Below are positions 17,959 through 26,814 of a stretch of 39,931 nt of DNA, piece after piece. Where the stretch lies: assembly GCA_042219375.1 (NCBI GenBank), contig JBDGQC010000001.1, positions 1,377 to 41,307 on the forward strand, in the 5' to 3' direction. Both the position numbers and the translations under genes were made by a program. A model generated the notes under the pieces. The model had not been told where the DNA came from and did not search any database. It was given only the letters and a program-made list of their open reading frames with translations. Each line of letters starts with the position of its first letter. The stretch's first letter is position 1. The DNA is from Halolamina sp. (GTDB lineage: Archaea > Halobacteriota > Halobacteria > Halobacteriales > Haloferacaceae).

Positions 17959-18918
17959 ATGGCACAGAGCTATACAGTCGACTACGAGCTGAGCGACGAC
18001 GACGAGAACGTCCACCACGTCTGGGACAACAGCATCGACCCGGTGGTGACGGTCGAACCGGGCGAGGTGGTCCGCTTCGAGTGCCGGGACGCCGTCGACG
18101 GCCAGGTCGGCCCCGACTCGACCGCCGAGGAGTTCGGGAACGTGAGCTTCGACCCGGTCCACCCGCTCACCGGGCCGGTCGCCGTCGAGGGCGCCGAACC
18201 AGGGGACGTCCTCGAGGTCGAGCTGCTCGAGTTCGAGCACAAGGGCTGGGGGTACACAGGCTTCATGCCCGGCGAGATGGGCCTGGGCCTCCTCCCAGAG
18301 CACTTCGAGGATCCGGGCTACCACGCCTGGGAGCTCGAGGACGGCGTCGCCGAGTTCGTGAACGGCATCGAGGTCCCCGTCGACTGCTTCCCGGGCACCA
18401 TCGGGAACGCGCCCGCCGAGGAGGGCGAACACGACACGCTCCCGCCGCGCGACGTCGGCGGCAACATGGACGTCAAGCACATGACCGAGGGCTCGACGGT
18501 CTACCTCCCCGTCGAGGTCGAGGGCGCGCACTTCTCCACGGGGGACTGTCACGCCGCGCAGGGTGACGGCGAGGTCTGTGTCACCGGCATCGAGGCGCCG
18601 ATGTTCGTCACCGCCCGCTTCGACGTCCGGAAAGACATGGACATCGAGCAGCCGCAGTTCGAGAGCGACCACCCCTACACGCCGACAGGCCGCGACGAGC
18701 CGATGTACGCGACCACGGGGATCGCGCCGGACCTGATGGACGCGACGAAGAAGGCGGTGCTGCACATGATCGACCACCTCGAAGCCGAGCGCGACCTCAC
18801 CCGCGGGGAGGCGTACATCCTCTGTTCGGCCGCCGTCGACCTGAAGGTAAGCGAGGTCGTCGACGCGCCGAACTGGACGGTGACGGCGTACGTGGCTGAG
18901 TCGCTGTTCCTTGAGTAG
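17959..18918 (+). CDS. Acetamidase/formamidase family protein
   Basis: HHVWDNSIDPV, HPLTGPVAVEGAEPGD, GGNMD, GDCHAAQGDGEVCVTGIE, EAYILCSAAVDL. Confidence 0.93.
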   Translation: MAQSYTVDYELSDDDENVHHVWDNSIDPVVTVEPGEVVRFECRDAVDGQVGPDSTAEEFGNVSFDPVHPLTGPVAVEGAEPGDVLEVELLEFEHKGWGYTGFMPGEMGLGLLPEHFEDPGYHAWELEDGVAEFVNGIEVPVDCFPGTIGNAPAEEGEHDTLPPRDVGGNMDVKHMTEGSTVYLPVEVEGAHFSTGDCHAAQGDGEVCVTGIEAPMFVTARFDVRKDMDIEQPQFESDHPYTPTGRDEPMYATTGIAPDLMDATKKAVLHMIDHLEAERDLTRGEAYILCSAAVDLKVSEVVDAPNWTVTAYVAESLFLE

Positions 18919-19301
18919 CGGAACTGGAACAGCTCCGAGACAGGCTCGAAACGACGACACAGGTGGTGGACGCGACGGTAACCGACATCGATGGCCATCT
19001 CGCACTCCGGGTCCGTCTCACGGAGTCGTACTACCCGAGCGACCTCTCGGCGGGGTTGCTCGTTCGCTGGTACACGAACGACGATTGCAAAATCCGCTAC
19101 CGAGAGCACCACGGAGTGACGGATTGGGAACAGCGGTGGGACAGACATCCGAACTCCCACAACACGCGAGACCATCTCCACCCGCCACCGGACGCACCGA
19201 CACACGGTGAAGACCCCGGCTGGCCAGTTGACTACCGTGAGATGACGAAACTGGTTCTCGACGCCGTCGAAGAACGGATCGCCGAACTCCGGGCTGAATG
19301 A
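18915..19301 (+). pseudogene. 5'-truncated haloarchaeal hypothetical gene (WDRHPNxHNxxxHxHPP family, possibly toxin-like)
   Basis: The frame reads *VAELEQLRDRLETTTQVVDA...RWYTNDD..I.Y.E...WEQRWDRHPNSHNTRDHLHPPPDA. Coding-like sequence extends upstream of GTG 18963 to the amidase stop, with no ATG. Confidence 0.55.
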
Positions 19302-19307
19302 ATCCCG

Positions 19308-20054
19308 CTACTCCTCCTGCTCTCGCAGCGCCTCCGCCCGGAGTTCCCCTTTGGCGTGCCACGTACGTGGCCGACAGGCGACCACGAGCGCCCCCAGGAA
19401 CACCAGTACGACCACGAGGGTCACGACCGAACCAGGAATCAGCCCGACCGTCGCGCTCTGCGGGAACGGACGCGGGTCGAACGCCGTGACCCGGATGAGC
19501 CACGCGGCCAGCACCGCCCCCGAGAGCGGGAGGTAGATGCGGCGGAGACGATGGGCGATGGCCTCCTCCGTAGAGATCTTTATCGTCGGCGACCGGTAAT
19601 CGCGGCCCAGTTTCTCGCGCCAGTCGGGGTCCTCGACACCCAGCGACGGGTCGAGCCCGTAGGCCCAGACGTTCTCCTGCAGGATGCGGACGCGGCTCCG
19701 CCAGATCTCGTAGCCGCGATAGCGGCGTGCCTCCATCGTGAGGAAGATGCCCAGCGTGGCGACCCCGACCAGCACGACGTAGTGGGGGTTATCCGGGCTG
19801 GAGAAGGCCCACGTGATGATGGCCGCGACGACGATGACCGCCCAGCGGGTGGTGCGGTCGAGCCGCTCGCGCCAGAACTTCATCCGGTGGACCTCGCCGC
19901 GGTAGAGGTGCGCCATCGCAGAGCTGGGGCCCATCTCCTCGTCCAGCAGCCCCTCGCCCACGTCCGGTGGTGCTGTTGCTGGGCTCTCTGAGTCGGTCGG
20001 TTGGGCCGGTTCGGCCCGCTGCTCAGGGTCAGCCGTCGCTCCGTCGTCAGTCAT
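19308..20054 (-). CDS. DUF2270 family integral membrane protein
   Basis: HLYRGEVHRMKFWRERLDRTTRWAV, EARRYRGYEIWRSRVR, EAIAHRLRRIY. Confidence 0.88.
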   Translation of the reverse strand: MTDDGATADPEQRAEPAQPTDSESPATAPPDVGEGLLDEEMGPSSAMAHLYRGEVHRMKFWRERLDRTTRWAVIVVAAIITWAFSSPDNPHYVVLVGVATLGIFLTMEARRYRGYEIWRSRVRILQENVWAYGLDPSLGVEDPDWREKLGRDYRSPTIKISTEEAIAHRLRRIYLPLSGAVLAAWLIRVTAFDPRPFPQSATVGLIPGSVVTLVVVLVFLGALVVACRPRTWHAKGELRAEALREQEE

Positions 20055-20075
20055 CTCCCCACCCCAACATGGTCG

Positions 20076-20470
20076 TCAGTCCTCGGCGAGCTCCGCGAGC
20101 ACGCGGTCGAAGCGCTCGCGCACGTCGTCGGCAACCCTGTCAAGCGCCGGATTGTCGACCACCAAAGCAGCTCGTTCGGGTCCACAGCACTCACGCCGAC
20201 ACCGCCGTCGTCAGTCTCGTAGACGACGACGTTACACGGGAGCAGCGCGCCGAGCTGGAGCTCCTCCTCGATGGCCTGCTTCGCCAACGGCGGGTTGCGG
20301 GCGCCGAGGATACGGTGCTTGCGGAACTCCGCGTCGAGTTTCTCGGCGAAGGCGTGCTGGATGTCGATATCACAGAGGACGCCAAACCCCTCGTCGGTGA
20401 GGGCTTCTCCGGCTCGCGCGATGATGTCGTCGAACGCGCCGTCGACACGTCGGTCGAGCGTGTAGGCCAT
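20076..20470 (-). pseudogene. DUF302 family gene, frameshifted
   Basis: ATG at 20470; GFGVLCDID, ILGARNP (usually GACNP), GALLPCNVVVYE. A 1-nt deletion near 20164 shifts the frame; the conserved tail VVDNPALDRVADDVRERFDRVL continues in another frame to TGA at 20076-20078. Confidence 0.78.
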
Positions 20471-20541
20471 GTTGGACACGGCGCCTCCCAGCCTGTTAGC
20501 TGTGCCGGCAGCGAGCGCGTGCTGGCGTGCGAGTCCGGCCC

Positions 20542-21741
20542 TCAGGACTCCCCAACCTTCTCGGTCACCCGGAACCCCTCGGGCGGGTCGACGATGCCCG
20601 CGACGGTTCCCATGGAGTGGACGACGGTCACTAGCGGCGCCAGCGGCACCGCGATTGCCCAGGCGAACTTGCTCCGGCCGTAGTAGAGCACGCCACGGAG
20701 GTACCAGAACAGCGTCAGCGCGCCCAGCAGCATCGACGTCACCGCGAACAGCCCGGTTGCGGCGATGCCGACGCCCAGGATGGTCAGCGGGACCACGACG
20801 AGCGTGACGATGGGCGAGAGCGCCCACGCGTAGTTCCGCACCCGCGTGAGGAGTTGATAGCCGAAGGGAAGCGCCGTCGCCGCGCGGACGTTGCCGGCAG
20901 CCCACCGCCGCCGTTGCTGGGTGATTTCCGAGAGCGACGGCGGCGCCTCGTTGGCACACGTCGCGGTCGCGAGTTCGAACGTGAACCCCTCGACCTGCTG
21001 GGCGGCCGCCCAGACGAACGCGGTGTCCTCGACGATGGTCTCGCGGTCCCACGTCACCGTCTCCTCGACGGACCGGCGGACCGCGATACCGCCGCCCCAC
21101 GCGAACAGGGGAACCGACAGCCGGGCGAACGCCCGTTGCTCGATCTGGACGCCCATCCGGTAGATGTCCGCGAGATAGGAGAACACCGACCCGGTCCGGC
21201 GCGGGCGTTCGCGGAGCTGGACCACGTCGGCATCGGGGAGGCCCTCGAACGACTCGACGAGGCTGTCCTCATCGAGGTAGAGCACGAACTCCCGGTCACA
21301 GGCCAACGTCCGGCGGGCCCACTCGATGGCGCGTCCCTTCCGAACTGCCTCACAGTCGAAGTCGTCCGGGACGACATGAACAGTTGCGCCGTCAACGTCG
21401 ATGGCCGCCTCGGCGATGACGTGCACGTCGTCGAACCCGGCGGGCAGCGAGTCGACAGTCGACTGAACGACTGACTCCGCATCGACGGTTAGGATGCGGA
21501 CCTGGCAGTCGTCGGCGCCGTGGACCGGGTCGGGCGATTCATAGCCCGCGCCGACGACGTACGTGAGGACAACCCAGGCGAGCGCCGTCGCCGTGAAGAG
21601 GAGAGTCGTCCCGACGAGCACCAGCCCGAACAGCTCCCGCCAGTCGACGAGGCCGAGCGTGAGCCACGGCGCTACCGTCGCAACCGCGGCGAGCACCGTA
21701 ACCGCGCCGACACCGACAAGCGCGATGCGTTCCGGTTTCAT
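20542..21741 (-). CDS. Membrane glycosyltransferase family 2 (egghead-like)
   Basis: Two N-terminal TMs, RKGRAIEWA, LYLDED (DxD), VEDTAF, QQRRRW, C-terminal TMs, FRVTEK. Confidence 0.85.
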   Translation of the reverse strand: MKPERIALVGVGAVTVLAAVATVAPWLTLGLVDWRELFGLVLVGTTLLFTATALAWVVLTYVVGAGYESPDPVHGADDCQVRILTVDAESVVQSTVDSLPAGFDDVHVIAEAAIDVDGATVHVVPDDFDCEAVRKGRAIEWARRTLACDREFVLYLDEDSLVESFEGLPDADVVQLRERPRRTGSVFSYLADIYRMGVQIEQRAFARLSVPLFAWGGGIAVRRSVEETVTWDRETIVEDTAFVWAAAQQVEGFTFELATATCANEAPPSLSEITQQRRRWAAGNVRAATALPFGYQLLTRVRNYAWALSPIVTLVVVPLTILGVGIAATGLFAVTSMLLGALTLFWYLRGVLYYGRSKFAWAIAVPLAPLVTVVHSMGTVAGIVDPPEGFRVTEKVGES

Positions 21742-21955
21742 CTTGACCGGGACGAGCGGACGCCCACACTTGAACCGGGGAAGCCGTCCAGCCGAGTTGC
21801 GCGCCGTTTAACCCCGATTAATCGGAGTCAGCGCGGATTCCCGCTCCCGCGCACCGTCGCGCCGGATACGGAGCGGGTTCGCCCGCGGATACCGGAGTTC
21901 GCACCCTCGCGCGCGGCCGGCGACGAGGTACTGAAACGGAGGAAAAATCCGATTG

Positions 21956-23200
21956 TTACTCCGGCTCCCCCTCGTAGTCGTCGTCACCCGCGGAAATCGA
22001 CGTGAACTCGAACGCCGGGGAGGTGGAGTCGAACCGGTCGAGCGCGAACAACTGTTCCGGTAGCTCAGTCCCCTCACCCGTGACGAACGAGCGGACGAGC
22101 GCCGCGGCCACCGGCGCGGTCATCACGCCACGGCCGTGGAACCCCGTGGCGACGAGCAGGTTCGCCGGCCCCGCGTCGGGCGCGTCGATGATGGGCCGCG
22201 TGTCCGGCGTCGCGCCGTCGACGCCGGCCCAGCCATCGACGTAGCCCGCGTCGTCGAACCCGTCGAAAAAGCGCGGCAGCAGGCCGGCGACGTGCTGGCG
22301 GAACGCCTCGTCGGCCTGCTCGCTGGCCGCTTCTGGCTGGTCCTCCGCGAACGACCAGCCGCCGACCAGCAGGTCGCCGTTCAACTCGGGCCGGAAGTAG
22401 ACGTGCTCGCCCGGAATCCAGCCCATCGGGAACGCTTCCGTAAGCGGGTCCGCGGGTTCCAGCACGAGACATTGGGTCCGGTAGGGCCGGACCGGGATTT
22501 CCAGGTGCCCTCGGAGAAACCGTTCGCTTCGCCAGCCCGCGGCCACGAGAACGCGGTCCGCGTCGACCGCCCCGACCTCGGTGACCAGGCCCGTTATGGT
22601 CCCCGCGTCGCCGTCGACTCCGTCGTCGCCGTTCTCGCCGACCACGAGCGATTCAACTGCGGTCCCGGTCAGGAACGTCGCGCCCCGTTCCTCGGCCTCG
22701 GCGCGGAGGGTCACGGCGAACGTGTACGGGTCGAGAAAGCCCGTCTCGCCGTGCCGGACCGCGCCCGCAATCTCGTCGGTTCGAAGTCGCGGGGCCGCCT
22801 CGGCCACCGTGTCCGGCTCCAGATACGCGATGTCGAGTCCCTCGCCCTGCAATCGCTCGACACGGCGTCGAGCGACCTCCCCCCGTCCCGGCTGGACGAG
22901 TTCGAGGCTGGGCCGCGGATGATAGGTGAACTCCCGCGTGCCGTCGAACGCCCGGAAGAACTCGTTGGCGTGAGCCGCGACTTGCGGGAAATCGCTGTAC
23001 GACGGCGCCATCGTCACTTCACCGGCGGCGCGGGCGGTCGCCGCAGCAGCGACCTGTCCCTGCTCGACGACCAGCACGTCGTGGTCGGGCGCCAGGGCGT
23101 GGGCGGCCGCACAGCCGACGACGCCCCCGCCGACGATTGCGAGGTCGTACCCGCGGTCGAGCGCCGTCGCCGGGTCGCCAGCAGCGGTGTCGTCGGTCAC
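21956..23200 (-). CDS. FAD-dependent oxidoreductase (DAO/sarcosine oxidase beta-like)
   Basis: IVGGGVVG, ATARAAG, AAGW, GWAGVDGATPDTRPII, TGFHGRGVM. Confidence 0.92.
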   Translation of the reverse strand: MTDDTAAGDPATALDRGYDLAIVGGGVVGCAAAHALAPDHDVLVVEQGQVAAAATARAAGEVTMAPSYSDFPQVAAHANEFFRAFDGTREFTYHPRPSLELVQPGRGEVARRRVERLQGEGLDIAYLEPDTVAEAAPRLRTDEIAGAVRHGETGFLDPYTFAVTLRAEAEERGATFLTGTAVESLVVGENGDDGVDGDAGTITGLVTEVGAVDADRVLVAAGWRSERFLRGHLEIPVRPYRTQCLVLEPADPLTEAFPMGWIPGEHVYFRPELNGDLLVGGWSFAEDQPEAASEQADEAFRQHVAGLLPRFFDGFDDAGYVDGWAGVDGATPDTRPIIDAPDAGPANLLVATGFHGRGVMTAPVAAALVRSFVTGEGTELPEQLFALDRFDSTSPAFEFTSISAGDDDYEGEPE

Positions 23201-23209
23201 GTATACTCG

Positions 23210-24592
23210 TCAGTACGGGTGGTCCACGGCGCGGAAGGCTTCTTCGGCGACCTCCAGGGCGTGGTCGACCTGCTCCTCGGTCGTGGAGTAGGTGGTGAAG
23301 AAGCGCTCGCCCTGCATCGGGTTGCCGAACAGCACCCCGCGGCCGGCGGCTTCCAGCCACCAGTCCGCGAACTGCTCCTCGTTGGACTGCCAGGTGTCAC
23401 GGTAGCTGTGGATGTCCTGGTCGGTCATGTACACCTGTCCCATCGAGCCGATGTGCTGGACGTTCACGTCGATGCCCACGTCGTCGGCGACCTCCTGCAG
23501 GCCGGTGAACAGGCGGTCACCCATCTCCTCGATGTGCTCGTACACGTCGCGCTCGTCGAGGATTTCCAGGGTCTTCAGGCCCGCGGCGACCGAGACGGGC
23601 TGACCGTTGTAGGTGCCGCCGTGGAACGCGGCGGTGTTCCACTTGTGGGCCTCGTCTTTCTGGGGCGGCGCAATCTCCTGCATGATCTCCTTCTTGCCGC
23701 CGAATCCGGCCATCTGATAGCCGCCGCCGGCGACTTTCGCGAACGCGGTCATGTCCGGCGTGACGCCGAACCGGCCCTGGGCGGACTGCGGTCCGAGGCG
23801 GAAGCCGGTCATCACCTCGTCCCAGATGAGCACGATGCCCAGTTCCTCGGTCAGATCACGCAGGAACTCGTGGTAGCCGTCCCGCGGCTTGAGACAGCCA
23901 CAGGAGAACATCACCGGTTCGATGATGACCGCCGCCATCTCGTCGGCATGCTTGCGGAGAATCTTCTCCGTGGCCGCCTTGTCGTTGAACGGGAACGCGA
24001 CGACTGTATCGGACACCGCGTCGGGGATTCCCGTGCCGTAGGAGACGGTGTTTGGCTCGTCCTCGGGGCCCATCGCCTCCTCGGAGGCGTACACCGACTG
24101 GAGCGCGTAGTCGTGGGCGCCCGCGTAGCCGCCCTCGGGTTTGGCAATCAGGTCGTTGCCCGTGTAGGAGCGTGCGACGCGGATGGCGTGCATCGTCGCC
24201 TCGGACCCGGAGTTGGCAAGCCGCACCTGCTCGATGCTCGGGGTCATCTCCGTGACCTTCTCCATGTACTCGAAGGCGATGGGCTGGGGCGTCGCCGTCA
24301 GGTCACACGTGGCGGCCTGCTCCTGGACGGCCTCGACAACCTCCGGGTGGCTGTGGCCCAGGATGATGGGGCCCAGCGCCAGGAGGAAATCGAGATACTC
24401 GTTGCCGTCCATGTCCGTGACGTAGGACCCCTCCGCCTCCTCGATGTAGAACGGATAGGGGTCGAACGCCCGCACGTTCGACTCCACGCCGAGGGGTGTC
24501 ACCGCCGCCGCCCGGTCGTGGAACTCCCGGCTCTCCGGGGTCCGCTCCCGGAGTCGCTTCGCGTGGTCGTACTCGCCGTCAGGCTGGCTCAT
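23210..24592 (-). CDS. Class-III PLP aminotransferase (GSA-aminomutase-like subfamily, probably not HemL)
   Basis: DMDGNEYLD, NSGSEAT, IIEPV, WDEVMTGFR, AFAKVAGGG, HGGTYNGQP. Start at 24592. Confidence 0.9.
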   Translation of the reverse strand: MSQPDGEYDHAKRLRERTPESREFHDRAAAVTPLGVESNVRAFDPYPFYIEEAEGSYVTDMDGNEYLDFLLALGPIILGHSHPEVVEAVQEQAATCDLTATPQPIAFEYMEKVTEMTPSIEQVRLANSGSEATMHAIRVARSYTGNDLIAKPEGGYAGAHDYALQSVYASEEAMGPEDEPNTVSYGTGIPDAVSDTVVAFPFNDKAATEKILRKHADEMAAVIIEPVMFSCGCLKPRDGYHEFLRDLTEELGIVLIWDEVMTGFRLGPQSAQGRFGVTPDMTAFAKVAGGGYQMAGFGGKKEIMQEIAPPQKDEAHKWNTAAFHGGTYNGQPVSVAAGLKTLEILDERDVYEHIEEMGDRLFTGLQEVADDVGIDVNVQHIGSMGQVYMTDQDIHSYRDTWQSNEEQFADWWLEAAGRGVLFGNPMQGERFFTTYSTTEEQVDHALEVAEEAFRAVDHPY

Positions 24593-24703
24593 CGTCGAAT
24601 CAGAGCACCACGCAGCCAATAAATCTTTGGCTAAAATAGACTATTTCCGAATTGCTGTCCACAATACGCCGCTGAATATCGTAATAGTTGCGTCACAATC
24701 GGG

Positions 24704-25840
24704 TTATACGTCCGATGTCGAGACGTACTCGAACTCGGGGGAGAGCGAGTCGAACCGCGAGAGGGCGAACGGTTCGGTCGGGAACGGCGCCGGGTCGCCC
24801 GTCAGTCGCTCCCGCACGGTTGGGCCGACCACCGGCGAGGCCATCACGCCGAGACCGTTGAACCCGGTGGCGACAGCCAGCCCATCCGGGCCCACCGTGT
24901 CGATGATGGGTCGCGTGTCGGGCGTCGCGGCGTCGACGCCGGCCCACCCATTAACGAAGCCAGCATCCTCGAACCCACGGACGAGACCGGGAACGAACCC
25001 CGCCACGTCGAGTTTGAACGACTCGTCCGCGTCGCCGGAGGCCGCCGCCGGGTCGTCGATGAGGTGGTGCTCGCCCCCGATCAGCAGGTCGCCGTTGTGC
25101 TCCGGCCGGAAGTAGAGGTGCTCACTCCCGATGCGGCCGAGGGGAAACCCGTCGTTCAGCGGTTCGTCCGGTTCGAGAACGAGAACTTGGGTGCGATACG
25201 GACGGATTGGGATTTCCACGCCCGCAGGAAGCAGCGACTGGGTCCGCCAACAGGCCGCGAGTACCACCGCATCAGCCTCGTAGCGGCCGGAAGCCGTCTC
25301 GACTCCCGTCACCGAATTGTCCTCGACAGTCACCGACTCCACCGTCACGTCCGTCTCGATGGTCGCGCCGCGGTCCTCGGCGACGGTGGCGAGCGCCGAG
25401 GCGTAGGAGTACGGGTCCACCCAGCCGGTGTCCTCGAACTCGACCGCGCCGACGAACGCGGTATCGTCGGGCGTGAAACCGGGGTACGAGTCGGGGATGT
25501 CCGCGGCCGGGAGATACCGGACCGAGAACCCCTCGGCGGCCAGTCGGTCGGCGCGCGCGCGGTGCTCGTCTACCTCCTCGGCGGTGACGAAATCCAGCCG
25601 GTTCCGGTGGGTGAACTCGAACCCCGCGGTGCCGTCGAACTCGCGGAAGAAGTCGTTGGCGTACCGTGCCACGTCGGGCGTTTCCGCGTAGAAGAGCGTC
25701 GGCGCGACGATGCCGGCCGAGAGCCCCGTAGCGCCGGAAGCGACCCCCTGCTTGTCGAGGATGGTTACGTCGTGGTCGGCGGCGAGCTCCCGGGCGACCT
25801 GACAGCCGGCGACGCCCGCGCCGACGACGAGTATCTCCAT
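24704..25840 (-). CDS. FAD-dependent oxidoreductase (DAO family), paralog of 21956-23200
   Basis: VVGAGVAG, ASGATGLSAG, YFRPEHNGDLLIGG, GWAGVDAATPDTRPII, TGFNGLGVM. Confidence 0.92.
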   Translation of the reverse strand: MEILVVGAGVAGCQVARELAADHDVTILDKQGVASGATGLSAGIVAPTLFYAETPDVARYANDFFREFDGTAGFEFTHRNRLDFVTAEEVDEHRARADRLAAEGFSVRYLPAADIPDSYPGFTPDDTAFVGAVEFEDTGWVDPYSYASALATVAEDRGATIETDVTVESVTVEDNSVTGVETASGRYEADAVVLAACWRTQSLLPAGVEIPIRPYRTQVLVLEPDEPLNDGFPLGRIGSEHLYFRPEHNGDLLIGGEHHLIDDPAAASGDADESFKLDVAGFVPGLVRGFEDAGFVNGWAGVDAATPDTRPIIDTVGPDGLAVATGFNGLGVMASPVVGPTVRERLTGDPAPFPTEPFALSRFDSLSPEFEYVSTSDV

Positions 25841-25880
25841 GGGGTGTGGTGGCCGCCGAGCGGGTATAAATCCATTCGTT

Positions 25881-25920
25881 TTTCGGATATTTGCTGAATT
25901 AGCCGAACGTTTTCCGAAAC
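25881..25920. promoter_or_regulatory. Candidate operator region (TTTCGGA / TCCGAAA half-sites) upstream of the TATA box of the FAD oxidoreductase gene
   Basis: tttcgga at 25881 and ccgaacgttttccgaaac at 25903-25920; minus-strand TTTATA at 25865-25870, about 25-30 nt from the ATG. Confidence 0.45.
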
Positions 25921-25926
25921 GACCCG

Positions 25927-26814
25927 CTACGGCCGTTCGAGGGGGAGCACCAGCCCTTTCAGCCCGCCGCCGGTTTTCGCGGTTTCGCGGATGTCGGTTT
26001 CGACCACGTCCATCCCCGCCTCCGTGAGTGCGGCCTTCGTCTCGGGGTTGCCCGCCGCCAGCAGCACCGTGTCGTCGTCGAGGGCGATGGTGCTGGTGAC
26101 CCGGTTGCGCTGCTCGCGCATCGGTACCTCGATGGTTTCGATGCCGCGGTCGGCCAGGAGCTCCTGGAACTCGGTCGGGACCGCCTGCGGGTAGATGAGC
26201 GCGAGGTCGGGCTGGACCATCCCGAACACGAGAGTGAGGTGGGTCTGCCCGCTGGATTCGGTCGAGCCGAAGATGGGCACCTCCACCAGTTCGATGCCGT
26301 AGGTGTCCAACACCGACCGTAGTTGGCGGATGCCCTCGGCGTTCGTGGTCTTCGACCGCCCGACGGCGACCGTCTCCTCGTCCAGCCAGACCATGTTGCC
26401 GGCCTCGAAGCCGCCGGGGCCGTGCACGGTGTGATAGATGGGGATCCCCAGGTCGACGGCGGTTTCGGTCAGATGCCGTTCCTCGCCCCGTCGGTTGGGT
26501 TCGACCATGCTGGCGACGACCAGGCCGCCCTCCAGGGCGAACCCGACGTCCCGGACGAACAGCAGTTCGGCCAGTTCGGAGTCCACCTCACCGATACGGT
26601 TGACAGTCACCCCGTAGTCCTCCAGGATTTCGACGACGCGTGCGTGTTCCTTGGCCACCCGCTTGCGCCGGGGGAGCCCGTTCCATCCCCAGTCGTCGGG
26701 GTCGACGACGGTGGAGAACTCCTCGCCCGGTTCGTGAACGAGCACGCGTTCGAGCCGTCCCGTATCCCGCCGGACCGACGGACGCAGGTCCCAGCCGTTC
26801 GGTGCCCCCGTCAT
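25927..26814 (-). CDS. Pentein (dimethylarginine dimethylaminohydrolase/amidinotransferase family) protein lacking the catalytic Cys
   Basis: GRLERVLVHEPG, EH, LFVRD, RRGEE, FEAGN, VGRSKTTNAEG, THL, and C-terminal GGGLKGLVLPL in place of GGG.xC.xxP. Confidence 0.85.
   Translation of the reverse strand: MTGAPNGWDLRPSVRRDTGRLERVLVHEPGEEFSTVVDPDDWGWNGLPRRKRVAKEHARVVEILEDYGVTVNRIGEVDSELAELLFVRDVGFALEGGLVVASMVEPNRRGEERHLTETAVDLGIPIYHTVHGPGGFEAGNMVWLDEETVAVGRSKTTNAEGIRQLRSVLDTYGIELVEVPIFGSTESSGQTHLTLVFGMVQPDLALIYPQAVPTEFQELLADRGIETIEVPMREQRNRVTSTIALDDDTVLLAAGNPETKAALTEAGMDVVETDIRETAKTGGGLKGLVLPLERP

Noticed and set aside
20471-21100. 349-aa ORF fusing an upstream sequence to DUF302
   Set aside because: The extension overlaps the GT2 in another frame; DUF302 starts at 20470.
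21830-21915. Short GGATAC..GGAG..TTCGC direct repeats and GC hairpins between GT2 and the FAD oxidoreductase
   Set aside because: Too short and degenerate to call an element or ncRNA.
23210-24592. Calling the aminotransferase hemL
   Set aside because: No tetrapyrrole genes nearby, altered EG.YHG motif, and amine-catabolic context.
22136-24622. 828-aa plus-strand ORF and other long antisense ORFs (e.g. 31893-33722, 29487-30620, 11340-12365, 14866-16098, 16887-17948)
   Set aside because: They shadow well-supported genes on the opposite strand, have no recognisable motifs, and are expected in high-GC3 DNA.
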